From positions 1,860,001-1,924,000 of the forward strand of contig CM035360.1 of assembly GCA_020137815.1 (NCBI GenBank): DNA of 64,000 nt. The letters are read 5' to 3'. How positions within the stretch are numbered: position 1 is the first letter of the stretch; each line of letters opens with the position of its first letter. The notes below the pieces were generated by a model. It had not been told where the DNA came from, searched no databases, and was given only the letters and a program-made list of their open reading frames with translations. The translations under genes were made by a program, and so were the position numbers. This DNA comes from Hormiphora californensis. Its lineage: Eukaryota > Animalia > Ctenophora. Of this stretch, positions 11,738 through 24,386 are shown piece after piece.

Positions 11738-12742
11738 TCACATCTTTGTGTCTGTTGTCGTGACAGTTTCTGCTGGTGAAACCGTGAATCTTCGTGCCGT
11801 TTTTCGCAAAGAGGAAGATCTCTGTACCGTACTTTCAGGCATCTTGAAAATCTTTGGACTGAGGGCAGCATAAACTACCCCGTTGTACAGCGACAAACCT
11901 ACGGGCATACACACGGTAAAGAGGAAGTTAGGAAGTAACATTTCTGAGACATCGTGGGTGAAGGACTCTGTAAGGTGCATCTTCACACTGGCTAGGTATA
12001 CGATAACATAGATCAAACTGCCCAGATTAGTCACCAGTACTTTAACACTGGTCCGGGGTTTAACACGACAAACAGCGCTACTGTTTGATCGTTTTAACAG
12101 GTGTCCAATGGTCAGGACTGATGTGATGAAGGCCAACACTTGGAGTCCAACACTGGGAAGGAGAATGTGGGAGTGGGAAACGGGACCGTTTTCACTTATT
12201 GTCGTTACAGTCTGAATATAGGCTACATATCTTAACTTCGGACCGGCCGATAGTATAATGTACCCCATAAGTCCAATGACATAACCCACGAACAGGCAGA
12301 TAGGTACTATCATGTACTTGCGTCCCAGGTGCGAAAACGGAAAGACAATCTGGACAAAACGTTCAATGGCCATTACGGATGTGATGATACTTGGTGTGAG
12401 GGCCAGCACCCACGCCACCACGGAGTAAACCTGGTCTGGCACCGTGAAGTCCTCCACGAAGCACGTGCTGTTTAATAAGGCCTCCTCCCCAGCACCCAGT
12501 TCACAGACCCGCTCACCCACCATTCCTATCTCAACTCCTGCTTTGATGGGAATCACCAGACTAGTTGCCATGTCAACGATGGCCAGACATTTGAAACCGA
12601 AGGTAGCTGCGTTGTAGCGTCGCTTGTGGTTGTACAAGTAGATAAGGGAGTTGAGGAATGTAGCTAGTACCATGGTGGTGAGCAGGAAAATGACAATGAG
12701 GACATCAGGAAAGGAAAATCCACCGGTACTGAATAGTGCCAT
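11738..12742 (-). CDS. Intronless rhodopsin-family (class A) GPCR
   Basis: 334 aa with seven hydrophobic segments, TM1 N (FLNSL), TM2 LAIVD, TM3 MAIERF and TM7 NGVVY. Confidence 0.85.
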   Translation of the reverse strand: MALFSTGGFSFPDVLIVIFLLTTMVLATFLNSLIYLYNHKRRYNAATFGFKCLAIVDMATSLVIPIKAGVEIGMVGERVCELGAGEEALLNSTCFVEDFTVPDQVYSVVAWVLALTPSIITSVMAIERFVQIVFPFSHLGRKYMIVPICLFVGYVIGLMGYIILSAGPKLRYVAYIQTVTTISENGPVSHSHILLPSVGLQVLAFITSVLTIGHLLKRSNSSAVCRVKPRTSVKVLVTNLGSLIYVIVYLASVKMHLTESFTHDVSEMLLPNFLFTVCMPVGLSLYNGVVYAALSPKIFKMPESTVQRSSSLRKTARRFTVSPAETVTTTDTKM

Positions 12743-12821
12743 ATCTGGTGAAGGGCTAAAGTTATGTTTGGGTTTAGGTTTAGAGTTAGAGAATACAGGG
12801 TAACAGTAATATTATAATATA

Positions 12822-12978
12822 GAGTCAGACCCCGATTTACCGGAACCCCGATTTACCGGGAGGATAATCTTCCCCCGATATAGGAAATCGACGGTATTTT
12901 GCCCCGATATACCGGGCACCCCGATTTACCGGGCAAAACCCTTTCCCCCGATCATCCCGGTAAATCGGGGTCCGACTG
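12822..12978. mobile_element. MITE family A (TIR CAGTCGGACCCCGATTTA, TA target); further copies at 17388-17472 and 52681-52844
   Basis: Terminal inverted repeats, flanking TA, three copies in the window. Confidence 0.85.
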
Positions 12979-13529
12979 TAATAAGTAAAAGACTAAATGG
13001 GAAACCTAAAAAAAAGGTTACCCCTCCAGACTTGCCATATTCTATGAAAAAAAACCCAGATGAGGCACTGAGGCAGAATTTTTTAGAATTTAAAAGTTTC
13101 AAACTGTTCTTCTATTTCTCTCACCCAAGTAGCTGTTGCCACACCTAACAGCACAGCTCTATCTCCCTCTATCTCTCTCTCCCTCTATCTATCTCTCCCT
13201 TTTTTCTCACTCTCTCTCCCTCTCACTCTTTCTCTCTCCCTCTCTCAATCTAAAACAACGCTTCCCAGATAGGACCACTATAGAATGTGATGGTATAGTT
13301 ATTTATAGAGTTGTGACTCGAGAGTGGAGCTGTCAATATGTCTTTCAAACCAACGGGGTAAGATTATAATTTAACCGACTTATTGTGTTTTACGTTATGT
13401 GTACAAGCATTACGTAAAACGCAATAAGTACAACACCCACCGAGAAAATGAGAACAAGGGTACTGGCCCAGTCCGACCGGGGGGACGAAGGGACAAAGGA
13501 CGCTCTGAATTAATATACAACTGAATGAA

Positions 13530-14320
13530 TATGAGGGACCTGGTTCCATAATGGTATATCTGCAGAAAGTGCATTTTGAGATAATCGCAAAAAACTGTTT
13601 TTTAAACTTCAAGCAGTTGCACTCCATTGAATATACAATCTTACCCCGTCAACCCTATGCATTTTAGAAACCTCAAGCAATTATCCTCAACTTCTAGTAA
13701 AAAGTAACAGATTCCAACAAAACAGCAAAAATTCTCGGCCCGTAGAAAAAGTTTAGTCTCAGATATACCAACCTCCTATTATTATAAGTGGTATATCTGC
13801 AGATATACCATTATTGTTTTAGATAAGTGGTACATATGCAGATATACCACCGTTTATAAAAAATATTGGCTGGTATATCTGCAGATGTACCTAGTTTTAT
13901 ATTTTTTTGAAGGTGCATTTTTGCAGATATACCAAAATTTCTATTTCTAATTGGTACATCTGCAGATATACCAAAACTTCTATTAATAATTGGTATTATA
14001 TCTGCAGATATACCATACATGGTAACTATCTAAGGGTGGTACATCTGCAGATATACCCCCAAAGCATCGGTATATCTGCAGATATACCCCCAATGCATCG
14101 GATAGCCTTTTTACTATCTTAAGATATCCCAAGGAGGCCAAAAAACTGCAAAAGTGGTGGTATAAGTTAAGATGTACCAAAGTTTTTTTTTGTGTTCCCG
14201 AGGTCAGATCTTCACCAAAATTGGTCAGGAGGTACATTAGACCATCCCAAACATGCTCCCACTGTTATCTCCATTTTGGTATATCTGCACTTATACCATT
14301 ATGGAACCAGGTCCCTCATA
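13530..14320. mobile_element. MITE with ~35-bp TIRs and about ten internal GGTATATCTGCAGATATACC palindromes
   Basis: tatgagggacctggttccataatggtata ... tataccattatggaaccaggtccctcata. Confidence 0.85.
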
Positions 14321-14599
14321 TATTCCAGACTGAATAGATAGAATATGTTGCTCTAACTCGCCCTTTTCTCTCTGAACAGTTTGCAATTCAGGGCCGGAGT
14401 CTAACAACTGTAACTTTTTCCTAGCCCCATGATAAAGCTTTTGTTATGATACGAATTATAATTTACTGTCCGAACTTAGACTAGACAAACTAGAAACAGA
14501 TTAACGGGTGTTTAAATTATTGACCAACCTAAATTATGTACGAAACAGTAATTGTATGAATAATAATATTATTAATTTATGCAAATAACTATTCCGTAG

Positions 14600-17500
14600 A
14601 TTGTTGGAAAGCTACAATAGCTTGACAGATGAATACCTATCGGATTATTTTAACAACAAACGCATACGGAAACACCTTCGCCAAATGGGATTGGTAAGAA
14701 AGAGAAAGAGAAGGATAGAGTATATCATGAGTGAGTACGTGTGTGTGTGCGTGTGAGAGAGGGAGAGGAAGGAAGAGATTCGCTTTTCTTCATTGACAAT
14801 TATCACTTGAAATAAAATAATCATTGATATATTGTATCTTCATCTGATGTCATATCAACATGATTGCAACAGTCATATTTCTCCCATCGCTCCATAACAT
14901 CTATCTCCCACTTCATTAGCTTAGGCCCCCTTCATTTGTATTCATTTTGTTAAACCACGATCGTACAAGTTTGCCTGAGAGTAACAATGTTTTGAATTTT
15001 CCTGTTCCCGATACTGCTGTAATAAGACCACTCAATAGTTGTGAACAATACAACTCAATAGGCGACAAAAAGAACAGTATACCGACAAAAAGCCCTATAA
15101 AACCCCCTCTAAACAGTAAACACCGTATAATTACCCCTAAAATTACACTAAACCTCCTCTTAAACACCTACTAACACCTAAACACCCCTCCAACAAGGTG
15201 ACAAGGCAGGGCGAGGTAGTGGATGAGACTACATTCCGGTATAACGCGGCTAGAAAAGAACACAGAACGCACGTTCGAGAGATGATGACACAGGCCGTAG
15301 TAAACAAAACTCTAGAATTAGAGGTAAATGAGGGGAAACAATGAGATTCAAGTAGAGATTTAATAAGCTTGGCTCTGGGAAAGAAACTATTTTTTGTAAT
15401 TTTATCCCATGAAAGAACTCCGGGTGAGTTTAAAATACGTGCATAATTTAGTACAGAAATACTGGAGACTAGAAGTACTGAATGTACGTGTCCACTAGAA
15501 AAATGTCTTTATTATTAAATTATTATACAGACGTTGGACAATATAAATAATTCAAATGACCGCATTCGGCAAACATTATTTAATATACGATAAACAAAGA
15601 CTTATGACGCTTGAAGCTTCCATCAGTTCGATGTGGTCTCCTAATATTGTTGCAACTGTAATACATAGTATCTGTAGATACCACATTAACTGGAAGTGAA
15701 AGTATTGGACAGCTTCTGTATCGGTAAATCTCAAAGTGGTTTTAGATCATGAACCAATTAGAATACATGAACAAGGGAAAGCAAAAGAAAGTGAAATAAC
15801 ATCACTTACAGCTAAGCTAGCTAGTTAAAAAGAAAGCAGTGCGGTTATAATATTGCCAAAGAGTAGATCGAGAGAGGTCAAAGGAATTTACTCTTCTCAC
15901 CAATATAAAACCACATCAAATAGTCCTACATCGCCTACCAGACAGGCAATCAATAAGAATTAAGAAAATAAGAAGTTTTATTATCTGAGGAATCTCATTG
16001 TTCTTGATACACTGAATAACTTTTTCTACGCCAGTTTCATCAAGGCAGAATGAAAATAGCAGCGACTGAGAAATGATTATCCTATTTTACTCTGCAGTAG
16101 ATTAGAGTAATTGTTTCAAAACACGTTTAATTTCGTATCTAGGTACTTATTAGCGCTAATTCAGTACAATTTCCGCAGATGAATCGACGTGCTTTTATCC
16201 GGGATAAGCTGATAGAAATACGGAAAATAGAAACTGTTAATCGCGTCAAGGTAAGAGATCGCGGTACTCAATAAAAGTGTTGCCATAAATTTGTTAAATT
16301 CCTGAGAGGAGACACATTGTGTTTCCTCTCAGAAATTTAACAAATTTATTCTTGTTCAGCCAAAGGGCTAGGTTTAACACAAGACGGTACCTAGGTATAT
16401 TATAAACCCTTTGCAATTTCAGAGAGACAGAGACAACAAACAAGCGGGAGGAAGACCAAGAAGTGCCGGATCTTCAAAATCTGAGGTAAGAATTGGTGCA
16501 GCACTCAGTGCAGCTATTAATTGCCTGTTTAGTTTTAATGAACCTTCAACCTATTTGAACCTATAAACATCACAATTCCAATTTTAAAACGACAAAATCC
16601 CTATTCCTATATACTACGCTATTATCGCTCAGTTGTGTCTGGGTCTCATCCCATCTCTCCACAACCCCTCCCACCTCGATATAGGCAGAGTGTGTGGCGG
16701 GTGTTAGTATACCACCGGGTAGCAAAGTAACATGGGTTCCACTAATTGTGCCCCCCTCGGGGAGTACACCCTACCTTGCAGTGAGTCGCATGTGTGCCGT
16801 GCCGTGCTGATTAGTAATTAGCTGATTAGTAAACTGATTAGTAATTAGCTGATTAGTATCTGATTATAATGTGCATGTGATTCTTCTGACATCTGATTTA
16901 TACTAGCGTCTAGCATGGTCTTACATTAGTACTAATCTGTACACATAATACTTTCTGAATTGCAAGATTCATCCTGATCCCTCGTTCCCCCGTGATTTTA
17001 TAGTTGAGTGGTGTACCAGACCACTGTGTTCCCAACCAACCCACAAAACGGTCCACGGAGGTAGCTCAAACATGTTGCTATATAGTTACTGCCGTTGTTT
17101 TAGTTACCGTGTAGCTGCTAGTGTAGTTACCATGTTGTTGTTGTAGTAACTATGGTTACCCGTTACCGTTACCATGGTAGTAAATTCGTGTTAACTTTAT
17201 CGCTATAATAATAGCTATACTGTGCAGCAGCTTGAGTAAAGTTACCGTTCGCGTTGTGATCCTGTACTAAACCCACAAAAGTATCAACGTGCCCACTGCC
17301 CCGTGCTAAATTGTTTGATGTGCCCAGTAGTGCAGCAGTGTGACAGTGTGCTAGTTCCCGTCTTAGTAAGTTTCATTTTGTGATGTAAAGTCGGACCCCG
17401 ATTTACCGGAACCACGATCTATACCGGACGGATGAATTACCCCGAGAATCCCGGTAAATCGGGGTCCGACTGTACAGTATTAAAAGTATCATGAACCCTT

Positions 17501-18652
17501 CTGACTGGAAGCACTAATTACCAGGCAGCACGAGGAATTCACAGCAGCAGTAGTACAACAGGAGGGGTATACAAGACGGCGGGATCACGATCTAAGAAAC
17601 AACAAGAAAAACCACGCTGCATTGTTGTCAATAATCATTCCCCCGCCGCAAAGGTAAAAATTGAGAGGGGAAATTTGGTTGGTTTTTCAGTTTTTCAAAA
17701 AAAAACTGGACCAGATGTCTCCTCTGAACAGTTTTGTGTTTTGGAAAACTGTATCTGTACTTCTTACAGCCTCGCTGATTTAGCTAGACGTTCGCTACTA
17801 TCTTTCATTAGTATTTCATATTGTGGGGGCCATTATTTTTCATCATTCACACCACTTTTCACCCCCCAGCTCCACATTTTCACCCATCACCCCTCCCAGT
17901 TTCCCTCGGATGTCACTCTCTCCACTGCTGCATATTCGTCACCACCACACGCGCAAATTCTCCAATCGTACGGGAGTGCACCAGATCTTCAGGGCTATCA
18001 TAGTACCAAGGTGATCAAAAACATGTGAAATGTTTCAGTAATGTTTTGTAACACAAAATGTTACATGTTTGTGTGTGTAAATTACGTTTGTTCGAACAGT
18101 TAGAAGTAAGTTAAAAGTAAAGCAGATCTGATCCGCCACTGAGAGAGAGAGAGAGAGAGAGAGAGCAGATTATGGGGTCTTGGTACACCATAACAATTGT
18201 TAAATACAGCATGTCTTCTAACTGTTTGTGCTGCAGCATGTGTTTCCGATTATTGTTGTTATTACCTTATTGAAACTCGAGTTATTATCTTCTTTTTCCG
18301 TAGCCTAAACTCTGCCTTTCAGTCGTTGGTTGGTGGAGTTACTCCGCCTCGTCCGAAATCAGCAATAGTGAGGAGCAAGAGGACACAGAACCATGTCAAA
18401 CAACCCGCCTCTCGACCAAGGGTAAACCCAGATGTTCTCACTTCTCAATCTGTGCATGTTGTAATGTTATCTTTTTCAATTCACCCCTTCATTCCTAGAC
18501 TATGCTCTAAAGAGTGTTAGTTACAACAATGAGAGAGCGTGCTTGTGTGTTTGTGTTTTCTCCGACACTTGGTCATGCTACTTGCCGTGCACTTGCTGTT
18601 TAGTCGATATGAGGGAGAGAGAAGGGGTGAGAGAGAGAAAGAGAGAGAGAAG

Positions 18653-18735
<83 letters not shown>

Positions 18736-19313
18736 TCACGTGACCTTGTTCTGGCATGCTCGCTAGCAGGCGTATTAGATCTTGTTCATCATCATTAGAT
18801 ATATTCCTCCGAGATGAAATTGTAACATAAAATACATTCAGTCGGCACACAGGCCAACACGACAAAGCCGCTAGCCAGCAACTCTGTCAGAGTAAGACTT
18901 AGAGAGAGACAGAGCGAAAGAGAGTTGTTACACGAGCAGATAGGATTAGAGATATACTAAACTGAAAATACAAAACACATGATTACAAAGTATATCGACA
19001 TCTCTTTATCTATCTATGGTCGGCAGCAACATAAACCCCCAGACAAACACCGCTAGCCAGCAACCTTTCCTCCAGAGAAGACAGGTAAGAGAGAGACAGA
19101 GGGACAGAGAGAGGGAGACAGAGATAATTATAGAGATTTACTAAAACTTTCAATAATTTCATATTATATACTATCTATAGCTCTCCTATCTCGTCTCTCT
19201 CTCTCTATCTCTCTCTACTCTTGTCTTCTCTCTCTATCTGTCTATCTCTTCTCTCTCTCATCTCTCTCTTCTCTCTCTCTCTCTCTCTCTCTCTCATCTA
19301 TCTACTCTATTGA

Positions 19314-19347
<34 letters not shown>

Positions 19348-19349
19348 TA

Positions 19350-19401
<52 letters not shown>

Positions 19402-19424
19402 ATCTATCTCTATTGATCTCTCTC

Positions 19425-19474
<50 letters not shown>

Positions 19475-19583
19475 GCTCTCTATCTTATCTATCTCTATTG
19501 ATCTCTCTCTCTCTCTCTCTCTCTCTCTTATCTATCTCTCTCTCTCTCTCTCTAGCTCTCTCTCTCTTATCTATCTCTATTGA

Positions 19584-19616
<33 letters not shown>

Positions 19617-19867
19617 AGCTCTCTCTCTCTCTTATCTCTCTATCTCTCTGGTCTTTGCACACTCAATTAATCAGTAGACCAAGTCCACAAACCAAGTTAC
19701 TCCCTTTCTATACTATGATAAAACACAGTAGGTGCAGCTATTGCAGCCGTTTGGGACCCGGGTGGCCCCGAAACAATTAGCTGTCGAGAAAAGTGACATT
19801 GGGCCTTCCCGCGACCCGCTTTTAGTCTTATTCCCTCTTCCATCCCTCATTTTAATCCTCTATCTCT

Positions 19868-19909
<42 letters not shown>

Positions 19910-22900
19910 TTCTCACTGTTGTCTGTGGTTGCTAGGGAGCACATCAGAGGGAGAGCACCGCGACTTCCAACCTGAGACGCGAGACATGTGCTCTTGGCTC
20001 AGGGGTAGAGACAATTACGTAGGGCGCGACAACCACGTTATGTTTGAAGTCTAGAGTGCGGCATTGTGTTGTGGCGCGCGCACACATTTCTTAAGTTTGA
20101 ACCTGGACGGACAGACGAACAGTCAGACAGACAAACAGACAGACATCTGGGGTCATCCTGATATTATTTAATTGACATGAATTTATTGACACCAATTCTT
20201 TCCTCAGATCCATTCGATGTCGCGGATCACATTGAGGTACCTTGGAAAGTCTCTCGATCTTTCATCTGGGGTTTTCGGTGATGCGATCCAGGTATAATTA
20301 TAGGACCCCTTCTTGGACTTTTTTTAGGCTACCCAGTACCCCTGCTCTAGAAAATAATCGTTGCACTGAATATCGTTGGATATGACGGGTAACTCCCCCT
20401 GTTGCCCAACAACACTCAGTGTTTTACAGAGCCCTGCAGAGCTTGAGGGAATCTAAAACATCCTGATGATTGGTGTCCCCTCGTGGGACATCATGAAACA
20501 TGTGTATATAATTATACCTTTAAAACTACCGTTGTTTTTAATTTGTTTGGAATCTAAAACCTCCTAAAATCCCCCACCCTTGTTCACAGTTGTCAACATG
20601 GTGTTGAGTACTCAACAACTCCATACCCCATGTCAGGTAATGATAATGCAGCAACACTGCGGAGGAAACACAGTCTGTGTCTTCCAGGGACTTGTTTCAC
20701 CTAATGAGTGTTTTACTTTCACATCCCGTCGACACAGAGATGCACCATTTGGGATTACAATCTACACCGGCAGTATGATGGTACGTGAAACAAGTGATTT
20801 TAGTTTATACTACTACTTAGCTTAGTAGTTAGTACCCATTGCCATTTTATGACTGTCGTTTGAAGTATATAAATTATAAATAGCTGAATAGTGGACAGAG
20901 AGCAGCATGACAGCAAGTCTAGACTTTTTGTTATCTGTTGGTTTGAACAAGACAATATTTAGTGACTAAACCTATAATACTGTCCGGGTCTAGACAACAT
21001 GGCACTTGTCAGTAATACCAAATGTTCTGAGACTATTAGAAATTTGTCCAAGATCGAGAGGACTGTTTTCTAATTGCCCATTCCGTGTACCTATGTTGAC
21101 AGCTTCCTAATACTGAAATCCCTTCCACTTCCTAGGATACGCGAGTGAGCACGTGCTGTGAATACAAGCACAAACCTGGCCACGTTCTGGGAGGGAAAAG
21201 TGGACATTTTGCACTGGTTCGAGTTGAGGGGTGTTTGCCGTGTTACAAGTAAGTACTGCCAGGCCTTGTTGAGTTACTGTGAGGGGTGGGTGGAAAGCCC
21301 CTTACTAAATCAATCAATCAATCAATCAAAGCTACCACGGTGGGTAGTGGCACTGAGCCGAAATTATACATATAATATCATGAAAGCTTAACCACACGGA
21401 CCAAACTCGGTGAGGGTTCAGAATTGCGCAACAGGGCTAGTTGCACGAAGTCGGTAACTCTGTACTGGCCAATGCTCTGACAGAGTATGTTGGTGTTTTA
21501 TAATAGTGGGATAATAGCACGCCCTATTATCAAACAGTCGGTAGAGCTGAGAAGCTGGGTACTTCAAATATAAAATGAATTCTGTTTTATCCTTTTTGCG
21601 GTATACTCACAACTAGGATGATTCTCCGTACTCACTGAGTACTACTCAGACTGTACAATTATTCATTCGTGTATTAACCCACCCGTAATTGTTTACCACC
21701 TGTATATTGTATGTGGGGCCCGTGCTCTGGCTAGTAGTTAGCCTCATGAAATTAGTGGTGAGGGGAGAAATATAGAAACAGGGAGGGGAGAGAGAGTCTT
21801 TTGGTCAAGCATTTGATAATTAAACACCCGCATAAGATCTTGGAAATAATACATTCATTATTACGTTCCACCTCACGGCTCACCCACATAGCCTTCTCTC
21901 TCTTGTTGAGTAACAACCCCTCTCAATATTATACCCCTTTGTTCGCAAAGTAATACACAGAAAATTATTTCCCCTCTCCATTATAAATACCCCCTTGTTA
22001 CAGAGTCTAAGTACCACCCAGAAAATTATTTTCCAGGTGTTTTGCACACGTGGATGAAATCAAAAAGGAACAAAACGATGCCCATGCACAATTCCAGGCG
22101 GATGTCAGGAATGCCGTGTCGAAAGGAAAACCTGCTACTGGGGAAAGGAAGTCCAGGAAAAGTAGTTCGAGTTCTGAAGATGGGGTTAATCGGGGGAAGA
22201 GGCGAGATCGGGTGTCGAGAAAAAGTAGCTCAAGCTCGGAAGCAGCTCATGATCGCCACTTGAAACCCCGGGTAAGTAATTAATTATTGATTAACTCAAC
22301 ATGAAACAATGAAACTTTCCAATTTAATTCTCAAGCTTTCCGAACCACATGGGAAACTTTATCTTTCCATCCCCTCCTTCATATACCGCTCCCCTAATAT
22401 AACTACCCTTCCCGTGCAACGTAAATTAGAAAGGGTTGATACACACTCACATAATTATTCCTTTCTGAAAGATAATCAGCTCCAAAGAATATGTTTTTCA
22501 CACCAAAGAAAAGTTAGAAAGCTGTAATTTGTAAAAGACTGCGTAATATAATTTCAAGTTTTCAAATAAGGGAAACCCGGTTCCCCAAACTTAGTATACC
22601 CAAAGAGCTCATAGTCTTTCTTATAAAATTTATAAATAAGTTCCCGCTCGTTAGCGTCTAAAAAGTTCATGTATTGATTAACAAAATACATCGTAGCATG
22701 TTCCTCCACTCCTTGTTCCTTCCTTGAACCTGGCCAGAGAAAGTCCGCTGTTCCGGTTCGCTGCTGAATGAACGGCATGTATTCACCCATCCGTTCATAC
22801 TGGACAACTAAATCATAGGGCCAGCTACAAACCAAAATATCCAACCATTGCGGTTTGAAATGGATGTTCTCCAGATACAACCAATCTTGTAGGGGGCCTA

Positions 22901-24338
22901 TAACAAACAACCTGAAGATCTCCTCATCCCTCGCCTTGGCAGGGTAATGGATTCCCGGTTTCAGAAACTGCTCCCTCCGGAGCTGCTTGTCTCGGAACCC
23001 TGACACCAGCCTCGTTACCGGGTTCCGGATCACAACGAACTTGAAACAAGACGTGAATACTGGTTCAGGGGGTAGTTGGGGCTTCGTTTCTATGATAGAG
23101 AAGTGTCCTCCGGTTGTATTATGGACATTCACGATACCATCTATAATCTCCTGAGTAGTGTCCCCTCGTGGTAGTTTCCCATCCGCCAAATAGAGGAACT
23201 TCTTGAAGCTTGTACTGCCCGTTTTAGGGTTGGTTGTGTACAAAATATGAAATTTCTCGTTGTAAATCAGGAGACGCGGCTGTTTTGACTGGATCCACGA
23301 CTTATCTGGGTACTTCCAATTTGTCTTAATACCATCCAAATCACACTGGTTCGTGATCCTCTCCAACAGCATGTCCGATCTTTCCTGGAGTCTCTCTGGG
23401 GTATCCTCTTCCTCCTCTGTCCTCTCTGTGTAGCTGGTTCGGAGCTGGTCACCAGGGAAGATGGGAGTAGAGGGGACGGTTGAGATCAGGGATGTGGAGT
23501 TGTCAATCAAGGAGGGGGCGAGGAGGAATAGGAGGGATGCTGATAGGAACGCTGTGATCCAGAGGATAGAACACCTTTTTAATGTCGAGATTGCTGATCG
23601 GTGAAACATGTCTTTTACTGGGAGAGAGGGATATGTGTTAGGTTAGGTAAATGAGGATCTCAGAGGTCGAAAGAGGGTGTAGATTGGTGTGCGGGGGTAT
23701 CTCCTGGCATAGCTAAATTTGACTGTACTGCAAAACAGATCTCAGAAACAAGATGTGAGTGTTCTGGGAATCCTATCACACGGAATAAGCCCTAAGAGAC
23801 AACGTGGATAAAGATGAAATAGAAATAGGTAAAGGAAATAACTAACTCAGACCGTGTTTCTTTTTTCTATTTTAGAATGGAATTCGCTTCAACATGTGTA
23901 ATCCAAGTGCACGACTCAAGAAAAGATTTTAAACCCCCGGCAGCTGTTTGAACGTCCAGATCAACGCCAGGAGGGATAAAATAATAACAGCTGAAGAATT
24001 TAACTGAAAGTATTATAAATGGAGAGGTCATCATAGAAAGCTGTTGCAGTCACACACGCGTTTGGGTAGTAAAGGAGGGAATATACGGAGAGAAGGGGGA
24101 CGGAATAGAGACAACAAGAAAGTGAGAGGGACATATGGCAAACAAGAAAGTGAGAGAAACATATGGACACCAAGAAAGAGAGAGAACCATGAAAAACAAG
24201 GTGGAGAGAGAACCATGGAAGACAAGGAGGAGGGAATTAGGTGAAACAAACGGGGCCTCATGGGATGCCAACCAGCCGGGATAGCAATACAATGCGGATA
24301 ATCAGGTGCGAGCCGGCCGTCTCTTTTCTTTCTCTCTT

Positions 24339-24386
<48 letters not shown>

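Larger units (their letters stand above)
1..12342. repeat. Tandem segmental duplication: 1-5425 corresponds to 6015-12342
   Basis: Near-identical sequence. Offset is 6014, then 6963 after a 949-bp insertion, then 6922 after a 41-bp deletion; a few SNPs and small indels also differ. Confidence 0.95.

Noticed and set aside
13780-14095. CRISPR-like array of palindromic repeats with variable spacers
   Set aside because: Eukaryotic context, no cas genes, irregular spacing, and enclosed by MITE TIRs
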